From Candidatus Poseidoniales archaeon (lineage in GTDB: Archaea; Thermoplasmatota; Poseidoniia; Poseidoniales; Poseidoniaceae): 64,000 nt of DNA. Position numbers and translations under genes: made by a program. This document shows positions 10,289-20,778 of the stretch, piece by piece (the stretch's first letter is position 1; the number at the start of each line of letters is the position of its first letter). A model generated the notes under the pieces. The model saw nothing but the letters and a program-made list of their open reading frames with translations. It did not search any database and had not been told where the DNA came from. The DNA is taken from contig JAYNUQ010000005.1 of the NCBI GenBank assembly GCA_038116375.1, positions 14,036-78,035 of the forward strand. The letters are read 5' to 3'.

Positions 10289-10675
10289 TCAGACACGTCG
10301 GCCACGTCGGCCGCCCTTCTTCTTGGTTCCATCGTGAGCGATGGGAGTAACGTCTTCGATTCGGGTGATGGTCATGCCAGCACGGGTGAGGGCACGGATG
10401 GCGGCTTGAGCACCGGGTCCGGTGTTGTTTGAGAGGTTGCCTCCAGGGGCTCGGTATTTCACGATGAGTTCGGAGAATTCCTTGTCTTTCAAGGCGTCTG
10501 CCATGCGCTCGGCGGCTCGGGTGGCAGCAAATTGACCGCCTTTGTCCTTACCGGCCTTGACGACTTCACCGCCGTTGCAGGTGGTGATGGTTTCGGCTCC
10601 GGTCAAATCGGTGGCCGTCATCAAAATGTTGTTGTAGGAACTGAAGATGTTGACGATGGCTTTGCGGGACATCAC
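10289..10675 (-). CDS. rps11: 30S ribosomal protein uS11
   Basis: TDLTGAETI, GPGAQAAIRAL, IEDVTPIAHDG, GGRRGRRV. Confidence 0.96.
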   Translation of the reverse strand: MMSRKAIVNIFSSYNNILMTATDLTGAETITTCNGGEVVKAGKDKGGQFAATRAAERMADALKDKEFSELIVKYRAPGGNLSNNTGPGAQAAIRALTRAGMTITRIEDVTPIAHDGTKKKGGRRGRRV

Positions 10676-11322
10676 TCAGCACCTCCTTCGATTGCAGCCG
10701 TGGATGCTTCTCCCGCTTCGCGAACTTCTTCAGCGAATTCGGGTGTTGCCTCGGGGTCGACTTCGTCGTCCTCGTACGAGGCGGCTTCACGAACGCCTTC
10801 AATGGCTTGGCGAATGGGATGGTTTGGATCGTTCAAAGGTGAGGCGGGGTGGTAGCACAATTCGCCTTCCTCGTCGCGGCTCACGGCGTACGAGGGGATG
10901 GTGATTTTTTGGTCGCCGATGCAGATTTGGCCGTGCGTGACCAGTTGTCGAGCTTGCTTCATGGTGCAGGCGAACCCCTTGTAGTAAACTTGGGCCTGAA
11001 GACGTCGGTTGAGAACGTCTTCGGTGCTCAGTGAGAGAATGTCGCCGAGTTCAGCATCGGATTCGATGAGCCCTTTGTGGTGAAGAGAACGAAGCAGGTC
11101 TTCTCGCTCTCGCTTGCCGTGGCCTTCGGTGGTGTCCACGTTTCCAATGAGTCGCATGGCTTGACGTCGGTGGCGGCGAAGTTGGGACTTGGCCTTCCAA
11201 ATTTCCTTCATGTTCTTGAGACCATGATTGTCTTTGATGGCGTGTTCTTCCTCAATTCGGTCGGCCTTCCAAGGGTGGGAAGGGGTGTCGTATTTGGGTC
11301 GTGAAAACTTTGGCTCTCCCAT
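10672..11322 (-). CDS. rps4: 30S ribosomal protein uS4
   Basis: MGEPKFSRPKYDTPSHPW, GLKNMKEIWKA, RRLQ, QARQLVTHG; acidic C-terminal tail. Confidence 0.97.
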   Translation of the reverse strand: MGEPKFSRPKYDTPSHPWKADRIEEEHAIKDNHGLKNMKEIWKAKSQLRRHRRQAMRLIGNVDTTEGHGKREREDLLRSLHHKGLIESDAELGDILSLSTEDVLNRRLQAQVYYKGFACTMKQARQLVTHGQICIGDQKITIPSYAVSRDEEGELCYHPASPLNDPNHPIRQAIEGVREAASYEDDEVDPEATPEFAEEVREAGEASTAAIEGGAE

Positions 11323-11337
11323 CTCAATTCCTCCTCA

Positions 11338-11805
11338 TCACTTGCTTCGGCTCACACCCAGCGTCAATCCGCCGCGGCCGTTGGAGCGTCCACGCTGACC
11401 GCGGACTTTGTTGCCAGAGGCGTGGCGAACGCCACGGTAGCACTTCATGGTTCGAAGGCGATCGATGTCGTCCTTCAGCGTGAATTTGACTTGCTGGCCC
11501 GTCAGATGGATTTCTTCACCTGTCTCGAGGTCGCGCTGACGGTTCAGCATCCAGAGGGGAACGCTTTCGGCGTAGGATTCAATGGCGAGGCGGAGTTGTT
11601 CTTGCTGGTCGGTGTCGAGGAACCCGGCCAGGTTGTAGGGGTCAAATCCTGTGTTCTTGCAGATTTGGATGGCGGTACGAGCACCAACGCCCTTGACGGA
11701 GGTCAAGGCCGTAGCGAGCGGCTTCAAGCCGTCCATGTCCGTGTCTGCCATTCGCAGAATGTATGAAAAGTCATCACCAAGGTCCTCATCCTTCGGTCGT
11801 GCCAT
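11338..11805 (-). CDS. rps13: 30S ribosomal protein uS13
   Basis: ALTSVKGVG, PLWMLNRQRD, YRGVRH..G.KVRGQR. Confidence 0.97.
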   Translation of the reverse strand: MARPKDEDLGDDFSYILRMADTDMDGLKPLATALTSVKGVGARTAIQICKNTGFDPYNLAGFLDTDQQEQLRLAIESYAESVPLWMLNRQRDLETGEEIHLTGQQVKFTLKDDIDRLRTMKCYRGVRHASGNKVRGQRGRSNGRGGLTLGVSRSK

Positions 11806-11914
11806 ATCGTTTCCCTCAACGTTAACACCACAGTGTCACGCATCCCTCCGACCAACCTCCCATATATCAAGACCGCGATGATGACATTCGCGCCACTGAG
11901 CCGCGAAACGGGCC

Positions 11915-13213
11915 TCAAATCAGGGGCGTTTCCTCATCATCATTTTGGGAAACGCAGAGCAGCAAGACATTGGTGCTGTGGTGGCGGGCAACAAATCCGT
12001 CTCTGTCGCCATGCCGTCGGCGTAATTGGCGGTCGAGCGAACCCTGCAAAACGGGTTGAAGCGCAGGGTCGAGGTCATAGCGTAATTTGACCGAAGACAA
12101 TCGGTGGTCCAGCGCCACTTCCACCAGCCGGTCAACGGTGATCTCGTCAACCTGGAATTTCAAGACTTCAACCACCCGCCCCGAAGCCTGCACGAGCCAC
12201 CGGTCATCTGCGCCAAGCCTCAGTGGGCGGTCATGGTGAAGTTGAGGGCGCCTTCCCTCAACCGAGGCCCATCGCACATCGTTTCCCTCGGCAACATTGG
12301 CCAGCCATGCGGTTGCGAGCCCGCTTTCAATGAGCGCAGCGTCCAGGAGACTCACGTACTCGCCCCGCTTTGGGGGATGCGTTCGGCACACGAGTGCTTC
12401 ACGCGGTGCAGCAGTGGTGAGCACCAACGGCGATTCAGCCAGTGAGGTCGGCACGCGAACGAAACGGCGTTTCACATCCTTGCGGGCAATTCCTCCCAAC
12501 CAGAGGGCCAAGCGGTCCACTCGACCACGGCCCCGCGAGGTCCATTCCCATGTTGCTGCGATGCCGGGCCAAACCTCGTTCACGATGGCCTCCACCTCTT
12601 CCCGTTGGTCCGCTGTGAGTCTGGGAGAAAGGTCGAGCAGAACAGCGGGGCCATCATCGCTTGGTGTAAACAACGGGGCCCAGGAAGCCAGCACGGTATG
12701 AAGGGGAGGTTGCATTTCGCTGAGGTCGTGGGTTCGACTGTTTCGAGGCCGAGCAGGGTCCAAGTGAAGGAAAGCAACAGAGGGGGTGGTGATCCCGACG
12801 GCTGTCAACACCTCGGCAGCGGCGGTACCGTCGCCAGCGATGATTCGACTTTCATTGAACCAATACGATGCTGTTGCTTTGGTGTGCACGGCCACGGTGC
12901 GGAGGTTCATCGCACTTGCTCGGGCTCGCTCACCGTCCAACTCAACGCCCAAAACAGGCCGTTGCAGTGCTGTGCCGTAGGCTGCAAGCTGAATGCCGCT
13001 ACCGCAAGCGCAATCCAGCACGATTCCTTCAGGAAGCGTGTACTGCGCCAAGGCTTCTGCTCTGAGGGCAGCGACCTGCCACGGCGTAGCCAGTGGCCGA
13101 CCTTCGTTGGCGTGATAGAACAGCAGGCCTTTCGGGGCCGTTGCGTCTTGAGCAAATTCGACCAACCCTTCGGTGGTTGCTTCGGATGGAATGAACACGC
13201 GATGCAAAACCAC
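11915..13213 (-). CDS. Class I SAM-dependent methyltransferase with THUMP-like C-terminal region
   Basis: LDCACGSG motif I, GVELD, LHLDPAR motif. Confidence 0.75.
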   Translation of the reverse strand: MVLHRVFIPSEATTEGLVEFAQDATAPKGLLFYHANEGRPLATPWQVAALRAEALAQYTLPEGIVLDCACGSGIQLAAYGTALQRPVLGVELDGERARASAMNLRTVAVHTKATASYWFNESRIIAGDGTAAAEVLTAVGITTPSVAFLHLDPARPRNSRTHDLSEMQPPLHTVLASWAPLFTPSDDGPAVLLDLSPRLTADQREEVEAIVNEVWPGIAATWEWTSRGRGRVDRLALWLGGIARKDVKRRFVRVPTSLAESPLVLTTAAPREALVCRTHPPKRGEYVSLLDAALIESGLATAWLANVAEGNDVRWASVEGRRPQLHHDRPLRLGADDRWLVQASGRVVEVLKFQVDEITVDRLVEVALDHRLSSVKLRYDLDPALQPVLQGSLDRQLRRRHGDRDGFVARHHSTNVLLLCVSQNDDEETPLI

Positions 13214-13216
13214 ACC

Positions 13217-13837
<621 letters not shown>

Positions 13838-13928
13838 GACATGAACTTTCCTTTCGAACCAAACCGAAGCATGGTTCCATTGAAGGTCACCGTGTTGATG
13901 ATAAAGGGTCGTCGTAAAGACAGGCTGA

Positions 13929-16900
13929 GTGAACATGGCAGAATCCAAGCAGACCGCAGAAGTGGGGAAAAGCAACCCGCTCATTGGTCTTGATTTGGAA
14001 CGCCTTGAGCGGGAGATGAACGCCTACCACGAGCGACTCGATGAGCGAGCAGACGATGCGTACCGCATTGCTGAGGCTGCACGCCAACAGGGGCTCGACC
14101 ACAAAGACCGGGTGGAAATTCCGCGAGCATCCGACCTTGCCGGGCGTACGGAAAAACTCCTGATTGAGCATCTTGAGGGCTATCCGGTTGCCGACGACAT
14201 TCGTGTTCTTTTGGATGAACACGACCGTGAAACAACGTCGATCATCATCGCTCAATCCGTCGCTCGAGGTTTTCGAGAGCAGGGTTTCGACCTTGAGAAA
14301 TCCATCGATGTGGGCCTGCGTGTTGGGTTGGCCGTCCTGACCGAAGCCGTTCTCGTTGCGCCGCTTGAAGGCATCAGCGAAGTCCGGTTGCTCAACAACG
14401 TCGACGGCTCCCAATTTGTTTCGGTTCACTTTGCAGGGCCGATTCGGGCTGCTGGAGGTACGGCCCAAGCACTCGCTGTGCTGATTGCCGACATGATTCG
14501 CCGGGAATTGAACATCGGTCATTACCAGCCAACCGACCCTGAGGTTGAGCGCGTCAAGGAAGAATTCGGGTTGTACCGGGGCAACTTGCAATACCGTCCA
14601 TCGCCTGAAGAAATCGACGAAATCGTGCGCGCCTGCCCTGTGATGGTGAACGGTGAATCCACCGAACGCATCGAATGCGCTGGGTACGGCAACGTCCGGA
14701 ACATCGACGAGGCCCGAATCCGTGGCGGTGTTCTTCTGGTCATTGGAGAAGGCATGTGCTTGAAGGCACCAAAAATCATGAAACACACAGAACGCCTCAA
14801 CCTTCCAGGTTGGGAATTTATTTCCAAATTTGCCAGCCGGGGCAAGGAGGTTGACTCGACGGATGCAGACGCCTTCAAGAGTCAACAAATCGAACCGATT
14901 ACCAAATTCATGAACGACATCATCGCAGGCCGGCCGGTGTTTGGAGGTCCTCTGCAGCCAGGGGGGTTCCGTCTTCGATACGGAAGGGCGCGCCCTTCAG
15001 GCCTCGCTGCCGCTTCGACCAACACCGCTTCCATGTTGGCCCTTGACGATTTTATTACCATCGGGACACAGATGAAAATCGAGCGCCCGGGAAAAGCTTG
15101 CGCCATCACGCCGTGCGATGAATCAGAAGGTCCGTGGGTCGTGCTGGAGGACGGCCGCTTCTTGCGAATTGACGAACCGTCTTCCTACGCCGCTGTGCGC
15201 CATCGTGTGAAACAGGTCTGGGATAACGGGGAACTGGTCATCGGATACGGTGAATTCATGGAGAACAACAAACGTCTGGTGCCGGCGGGATACACGATGG
15301 ACTGGTGGGCCAGCGACATGCTGGACAGCCTCTCGGACGACGACGACATCGCCTTTTTTGTTGATACACTCGGTGGTGTCCGTGAGGATTGGCCAACGGG
15401 AAGTCCCGGCCTTCCCCCTGCGGAAGCAGACGACCCTGATGCACAGTTTTGGGTGCGCTGCGACTGGCACGAGCGCCTGCGGCAAATTGACCTTTCATGG
15501 AAGGCAGCCCTCGCCTTTTCCCGCCGCTTTGCAACCTCGCTTCCACCGCCTCACAACCCGTGGTTCAAGGACCTCCCCATCGAGTGGCTTCCCGCTTTTC
15601 TTCGCCTGCTTGAATCGGCTGTCATTGAGCCTGCAACAACCCAAAGCGATGCACCCGAAGGCGCACGACCGCCCAGAGCAGAACGGCAGCTTCGCCTCCC
15701 CGAAGGTGGATTGAATTGGTCGTCGAACAAAATGGATGAATTGCAACCCGAAGTCCTCCCTGACCTGGCGACCTCAACCCTCCCTGGTCCCTCTTTCGAA
15801 ATGGAAGAGCCAACCATGTCCTCCATCCTACAGGAAGGATGGACGCTCCACCAACACGGTCTTGCAAAGGGTGCCGTGATGCTCCTGGGGCTCCCTCACC
15901 ATCACGACGGTGACGATATCGTGGTATCCGCAGGATGGGAATCTCTTCTGGAAGGCCTCGGGTTCTCCAGCGAGGGGAAGACGCCTCTGCGTCAAAAAAA
16001 TGCTTTGAAAGTGGTCGCAGACCGCTTAGGCTCGCTGCGTAAGGCAAAAACCATCCTCGACCAAGAACGCTCCAGAAAGGCGGAGTTGGAAAAGGAGCGT
16101 GCAACCATCCGCATCGCTTCGGAAACCGGGGCACGCCAGCGGGGCCTGGGCATCGCTGAAACCGATCGGGTGGGGCGCGAGGCTGCCGCTTCGGTTCCAG
16201 ACGAAGGGCCTGCCGACCCTGCTGCCTACGTTGCGGCACAGCGTTTGGAAGACGAGCATGCCATTGACGGCATCATGGTCCTGGTTCGCCAGCTTTCCGA
16301 CCTGCGTTGGGAACACAGCGCCCCCGTACGGGTCGGATGTCGCATGGGTCGGCCCGAGAAGGCTGCGCCGCGCGTGATGAATCCCATGTCCCATTCCTTG
16401 TTTCCCATCGAGTTGAACGGTGGTAATCAACGCCTGCTCAACAACGCCATCGACAAACGTACGATTCGGGTCCAACTCGGTCGTCGAACGTGCACGGTGT
16501 GTGAGCGAGAATCCCCCTACCTTCGTTGCCATCACCGGGCGGTGGACGCCCACGGAGAGTCCAAAGCGGGCGAAGCGTGTGGTGGACGAACCGAGGCCAA
16601 AGCCACGAAATCCAACGCCTACCGGCGGGGAGAGGTTCAATCTGTTCGTATGGACGACATGGTTGAGGACGCACGCATCCGTTTGGGTATTGACCGGTTG
16701 CCTGCTCAAGTCAAGTGCATGAAGAAATTGAACAGCCGTGACCAAACTCCAGAGGCCATCGAAAAAGGCATCCTTCGTGCCCGACACGGCCTTCCCGTTT
16801 TCCGCGATGGGACGGTCCGATACGACATGAGCGATGTTCCCATCACTCATTTCCGCCCCAGGGAAATCGGCGTCCCGTGGAAAACCCTCCACAGTTTGGG

Positions 16901-18032
16901 CTACACACACGATTTCCGTGGTGAGCCGCTCGACGACGATGAGCAAGTTTTGGAATTGTTCCCTCAGGACTTCATCGTGGCCAAGGGTGCTGCTGATTTC
17001 TTGCTTCGAACGGCGAAGTACATCGACGAACTTTTGGTACGGTTCTACAACATGCAGCCCTACTACAACGCTGACAAAGCCGACGACCTCATCGGTCATT
17101 TGATCTGTGCACTTGCTCCTCACACCAGCGGAGGGGTGCTGTCGAGAATCATCGGCTGGGCCGATTGTTCAGGGGGTTATGCTCACCCGCTTTTCCATGC
17201 TGCAAAGCGACGAAACTGCGATGGTGATGAAGACGCCATCATGCTACTCATGGACGGCTTGTTGAATTTCAGCAGGGACATTTTACCGGCCAACCGTGGC
17301 GGTCAAATGGATGCACCGCTGGTGTTGACCACCCGATTGAACCCCACCGAGGTTGACAAAGAAGCCCTCAACGTTGACGCAGCGTGGTTTTACGAGCGGG
17401 ATTTCTATGAGGCTACGCTTCAACAACCTCATCCCAAAGAAATTCAGGACCGAATGGATTTCGTCGAGCGCCGACTCGGAACCGTCGCCGCGGTTCGAGG
17501 TTATGGTTACACTCACGATTGCCATGCCCTTGACCGTGGGCCAGCCCTCTCGGCCTACAAAACGCTCGAAACCATGATTGACAAAATGAACGGGCAATTG
17601 GCCCTTGGTCATCGCTTGCGTGGTGTGAACGTACGTCAAGTGGCCTCCAGCGTGGTGCGCTCTCACTTCTTACCGGACCTACGGGGGAATCTCAATGCCT
17701 ACGGGCGTCAAAAGGTTCGCTGCCTCAAATGTGCTCATTCCTATCGTCGCATGCCCCTCTCAGGCAGTTGCATCCAGCCGAAAAAGGAGACGGGCCGAGG
17801 ACTTTCCAGCATGGGTGTGGCGAAGGCGGAAGGGGGGCTGTGCAACGGCAATCTTGCGCTGACGGTTTCGGAAGGTGCCGTTCGCAAGTACATCGAAGTC
17901 ATGCGGTTTGTTATGGACCACTACGGCGTGGATTTGTACACGCGTCAAAATGCTGACTGGTTGGCTTCAAGTGCTGACTCTCTGTTTAACAACGACCGTG
18001 CAAAACAACTCTCGCTTTCTGATTTCCTGTGA
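13929..18032 (+). CDS. polC: DNA polymerase II (PolD) large subunit DP2
   Basis: FAGPIRAAGGTAQAL, GGFRLRYGR, RMGRPEKA, FRDGTVRYD, catalytic HAAKRRNCDGDED, C-terminal PIP-like QLSLSDFL. Confidence 0.98.
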   Translation: MNMAESKQTAEVGKSNPLIGLDLERLEREMNAYHERLDERADDAYRIAEAARQQGLDHKDRVEIPRASDLAGRTEKLLIEHLEGYPVADDIRVLLDEHDRETTSIIIAQSVARGFREQGFDLEKSIDVGLRVGLAVLTEAVLVAPLEGISEVRLLNNVDGSQFVSVHFAGPIRAAGGTAQALAVLIADMIRRELNIGHYQPTDPEVERVKEEFGLYRGNLQYRPSPEEIDEIVRACPVMVNGESTERIECAGYGNVRNIDEARIRGGVLLVIGEGMCLKAPKIMKHTERLNLPGWEFISKFASRGKEVDSTDADAFKSQQIEPITKFMNDIIAGRPVFGGPLQPGGFRLRYGRARPSGLAAASTNTASMLALDDFITIGTQMKIERPGKACAITPCDESEGPWVVLEDGRFLRIDEPSSYAAVRHRVKQVWDNGELVIGYGEFMENNKRLVPAGYTMDWWASDMLDSLSDDDDIAFFVDTLGGVREDWPTGSPGLPPAEADDPDAQFWVRCDWHERLRQIDLSWKAALAFSRRFATSLPPPHNPWFKDLPIEWLPAFLRLLESAVIEPATTQSDAPEGARPPRAERQLRLPEGGLNWSSNKMDELQPEVLPDLATSTLPGPSFEMEEPTMSSILQEGWTLHQHGLAKGAVMLLGLPHHHDGDDIVVSAGWESLLEGLGFSSEGKTPLRQKNALKVVADRLGSLRKAKTILDQERSRKAELEKERATIRIASETGARQRGLGIAETDRVGREAAASVPDEGPADPAAYVAAQRLEDEHAIDGIMVLVRQLSDLRWEHSAPVRVGCRMGRPEKAAPRVMNPMSHSLFPIELNGGNQRLLNNAIDKRTIRVQLGRRTCTVCERESPYLRCHHRAVDAHGESKAGEACGGRTEAKATKSNAYRRGEVQSVRMDDMVEDARIRLGIDRLPAQVKCMKKLNSRDQTPEAIEKGILRARHGLPVFRDGTVRYDMSDVPITHFRPREIGVPWKTLHSLGYTHDFRGEPLDDDEQVLELFPQDFIVAKGAADFLLRTAKYIDELLVRFYNMQPYYNADKADDLIGHLICALAPHTSGGVLSRIIGWADCSGGYAHPLFHAAKRRNCDGDEDAIMLLMDGLLNFSRDILPANRGGQMDAPLVLTTRLNPTEVDKEALNVDAAWFYERDFYEATLQQPHPKEIQDRMDFVERRLGTVAAVRGYGYTHDCHALDRGPALSAYKTLETMIDKMNGQLALGHRLRGVNVRQVASSVVRSHFLPDLRGNLNAYGRQKVRCLKCAHSYRRMPLSGSCIQPKKETGRGLSSMGVAKAEGGLCNGNLALTVSEGAVRKYIEVMRFVMDHYGVDLYTRQNADWLASSADSLFNNDRAKQLSLSDFL

Positions 18033-18653
18033 TCAGCGAATCGGGTCTCGCCAAGGCGAATCGTTCTCCTCCCAAATGAGTGGGTCTTCTTCGTTGGAGA
18101 GCGCACGAGACTTGAACGGCACTTTGGATGTTGCAGGGGCCTTGGGTGTGGGGGTCCGCCGGGCATACCAGGCACGAACCCCTTGTTCGCCCCACGCAAG
18201 TGCGATGAGCAGCAACGTGAGAACGAGATGCCCCATGCCTTGAATGGCTGCGAACGGCTGCAAATCCAATCGTTGCTCGACCAGGACTCCTTCTTCAACC
18301 AAGGTTTCGATGGTGTAAGACCCGGGTTCCAATTCTCCGTCCCAAACGGGAACATCATCGGTGAGCAAGCCCGACCATGAAAACACGGCCGTCGCGTTGT
18401 CCTTTTTTATTGAAAAACTGACGTTGGCTTGGTCAACGGTTGTGCTCTTGAAGGAGGTGGTGAAGGTGGCAGGGATGGGGGATGATGAGCCAAACACAGG
18501 GGAGATCTCAACCTCTCGAATCGTCTGAAATTGTTCGTTGGCGTTGACCTCGTTTGGGGCGCTCTGGCCAGCGACGTTCATCCAGAGGGCGTTGATCAGC
18601 ACGACAGCCACCACCCAGAGCAGGGTGTTTTGCAGCGGTCTGCGACCTTCCAT
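18033..18653 (-). CDS. Hypothetical membrane protein (two hydrophobic helices around a beta-rich domain)
   Basis: 206-aa ORF filling the gap between neighbours; N- and C-terminal hydrophobic segments. Confidence 0.7.
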   Translation of the reverse strand: MEGRRPLQNTLLWVVAVVLINALWMNVAGQSAPNEVNANEQFQTIREVEISPVFGSSSPIPATFTTSFKSTTVDQANVSFSIKKDNATAVFSWSGLLTDDVPVWDGELEPGSYTIETLVEEGVLVEQRLDLQPFAAIQGMGHLVLTLLLIALAWGEQGVRAWYARRTPTPKAPATSKVPFKSRALSNEEDPLIWEENDSPWRDPIR

Positions 18654-18709
18654 GGGAGACTGTGCAGAACGGTCTTCTTATGCTTATGTTCTGCAACGGG
18701 GTTCTCAAA

Positions 18710-19444
18710 TCAAGGCTTGGTTTTGGTGTTCCATGACTTGTCGAGGAGGTTGAGAACCCGTTCCATCCACATCAATTTCTCCAACTTCCGTTGTGGATCG
18801 GTGCTTCCCGACCAACCACCGACGTGGTCAACGGCATAGCCCACATAACATACCCGGTCAAGTGGAACACCGAGAGCAGACAAAAGGCACGCTGCTCGGT
18901 CACCGTCGGTGAATCCTCCAACGTTGTGCATGCCTGGGAAGTGCTCGTCGGTTTGGTGGGTGAGGACAAGCGGAACCCCTCCATGGCTTGCCCAGTGTTT
19001 GAGGCAGTCCTTCCAACGCCCGACATTATCACCGTGGGCGTGGACGATGAGGGGGATGCCGTGTTCGGCCGCTCTGGATAAGTGAGGCCCACCATCGAGG
19101 TCGGTCACCACGCAAAGCACGTCCACGCGGTCAAAGCACGCCCCTACGGCTCCGTCAGCGGCAACGAAGACGGTGTTGTCCATCCACGGTCGGTCAAGGT
19201 CGTCACCCTTCACGGCCGCACCGACCAACACGATTTGGCTGGCCTGGTGAAGCTGATGGTGCAAACGAGCAAGCGTACCATGACGAGATTCAGCGGACCA
19301 CCCGAGTTCGTTGGCTTGAGGGTGCCCATCGCACGCTTGAAGCAGGCCTCGGGCACTCGCAACATCGTCGTCGTGCGTCCACTCAAAATGACGACGCACA
19401 TCGTGTTGAAGGGCGACCGACGGTGCATGCGGCGCGAGCCTCAT
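18710..19444 (-). CDS. mptE: 6-hydroxymethyl-7,8-dihydropterin pyrophosphokinase MptE-like (DUF115)
   Basis: VAADGA, VVTDLDG, VHAHGDN, NVGGFTDGDRA, KLEKL. Start trimmed to ATG 19444. Confidence 0.85.
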   Translation of the reverse strand: MRLAPHAPSVALQHDVRRHFEWTHDDDVASARGLLQACDGHPQANELGWSAESRHGTLARLHHQLHQASQIVLVGAAVKGDDLDRPWMDNTVFVAADGAVGACFDRVDVLCVVTDLDGGPHLSRAAEHGIPLIVHAHGDNVGRWKDCLKHWASHGGVPLVLTHQTDEHFPGMHNVGGFTDGDRAACLLSALGVPLDRVCYVGYAVDHVGGWSGSTDPQRKLEKLMWMERVLNLLDKSWNTKTKP

Positions 19445-19522
19445 GTTTGCATGCGAGGAGGTGAAGGTCAAGAAGACAACCCTGAGGTTGAACTTCATAA
19501 TCCGTGGCCTCGTCCTCCTGTC

Positions 19523-20752
19523 ATGCCCGTGCCACCGTCTCCGCCTGTGATTGCGGATGAGGTCACTTTGGCGCGCTACCCGTTCCTGCCTCAAGCATCG
19601 GACTGGATTCGAAACATGGCGGTCCGGCACGGGATTGACCTGAACGAGCTCCTTGACGGAACATGGATGGAACAGGCGAGGCAACGTGCTCGAATACGTC
19701 TTGTTGATTCGGTTCAATCAAAAGAAGGCGTTCAGGTCGTGGGTGGCGACATTCACACCGAAGAGGGTCGACTCGTCGAAGCCTTTTCCTTTTACTACGC
19801 TCGCTTGGTCATGTGTGCCAGTGAGGACGAGCGCCTCATCGCTCGGTGGGCTCAAGCCGAAGCAGCGCGAGCCGAGCAACTTCTGATTCAGGATGCGACG
19901 AATCTCGAAGCCGTGGCTCGAACCTACCTCTCTGAAGTGGAACAACGTATGGCGGCCGCCGCCCCAACGGTGGCCTCTTCAACGATGTCCATGCGTCAAC
20001 TCCGTCAAACCTCTTCTTCAGAATGGCGCGTTGGACTGGCTGATTTTATCGAAATCTGCCCGAAGATCACCGGTCATCGCTGGCGGCTCCCCAACGTTGA
20101 CGTGGAGAAAGGTTGGGTCAAATTGCACGGCGAACGCCAATACGCTTCCTCCGCCAAACTCGCTCGTTTGCTCCGAGAACGCATCAAAGCAGGCATTGAG
20201 TCAGAAGCGCTTGAGAAAATGGCTGAAGTGACCACCGACCTCGCCGTTCGTTTGGCTGAACCGGTTGGTATGGTTCGCAACCTCATGGCGAACAAAGCCA
20301 GCGAAGCCATTGCCCTGGTGGGTGCAGAGGAAAGTGACTGGCCACCGTGCATGCAGAAAATCATCGCTGATTTGGCAGGTGGCGTCAACGTGAATCACTT
20401 TGGAAGGCTGTTCTTAGCCTCCATGTCGGCGACGCTTGCGTTGCCCGAGGAATCGTGCGTGAGCTTCTTCCGAGGTGCACCTGACTTCAGCGAGGCAACC
20501 ACAAGTTATCAGGTTCAACACGTTTACCAGCACGAGTATACGCCAGCGGGCTGTGGCAAACTCAAGGTCAACCACAACTGCCCGGTCCTCCCCGGAGACA
20601 ACCGAACCTGCGACCAACCGTGGATGGACCATCCGCTCAAATACATCCGGGCTACGCAACGCTGGAAGCGGTTGACGGACCGCTCGGATTCCTCTGCGCC
20701 GCAGAATGTGGCCAGCGAGAAAAGCGAAGAAAGCCAGAAACCCAGCGAATAA
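19523..20752 (+). CDS. priL: DNA primase large subunit
   Basis: LARYPFLP, WPPCM, NHFGRLFLAS, PDF....T.YQV.H, YTPAGC..L...NCP...C...HPLKY (Fe-S Cys set). Confidence 0.92.
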   Translation: MPVPPSPPVIADEVTLARYPFLPQASDWIRNMAVRHGIDLNELLDGTWMEQARQRARIRLVDSVQSKEGVQVVGGDIHTEEGRLVEAFSFYYARLVMCASEDERLIARWAQAEAARAEQLLIQDATNLEAVARTYLSEVEQRMAAAAPTVASSTMSMRQLRQTSSSEWRVGLADFIEICPKITGHRWRLPNVDVEKGWVKLHGERQYASSAKLARLLRERIKAGIESEALEKMAEVTTDLAVRLAEPVGMVRNLMANKASEAIALVGAEESDWPPCMQKIIADLAGGVNVNHFGRLFLASMSATLALPEESCVSFFRGAPDFSEATTSYQVQHVYQHEYTPAGCGKLKVNHNCPVLPGDNRTCDQPWMDHPLKYIRATQRWKRLTDRSDSSAPQNVASEKSEESQKPSE

Positions 20753-20778
20753 ACCCCTGCCGCAGGCGTGTTCTCTAA

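Noticed and set aside
13887..17123. Long antisense ORFs (13887-14888, 16026-17123, and similarly 42946-43785, 52245-53198, 59157-60089)
   Set aside because: These are shadow ORFs expected opposite GC-rich, codon-biased genes, and they carry no recognisable motifs.
13929..18032. Intein in DP2 explaining its length
   Set aside because: The usual insertion site HAAKRRNCDGDED is uninterrupted, and there are no HN/C splice or LAGLIDADG motifs.
19082..19717. Apparent long head-to-head overlap of priL and mptE (also ribD/lipid kinase and pyrE/polC)
   Set aside because: It is an artefact of longest-ORF starts. Homology begins at downstream ATGs (19523, 19444, 26157, 13837).
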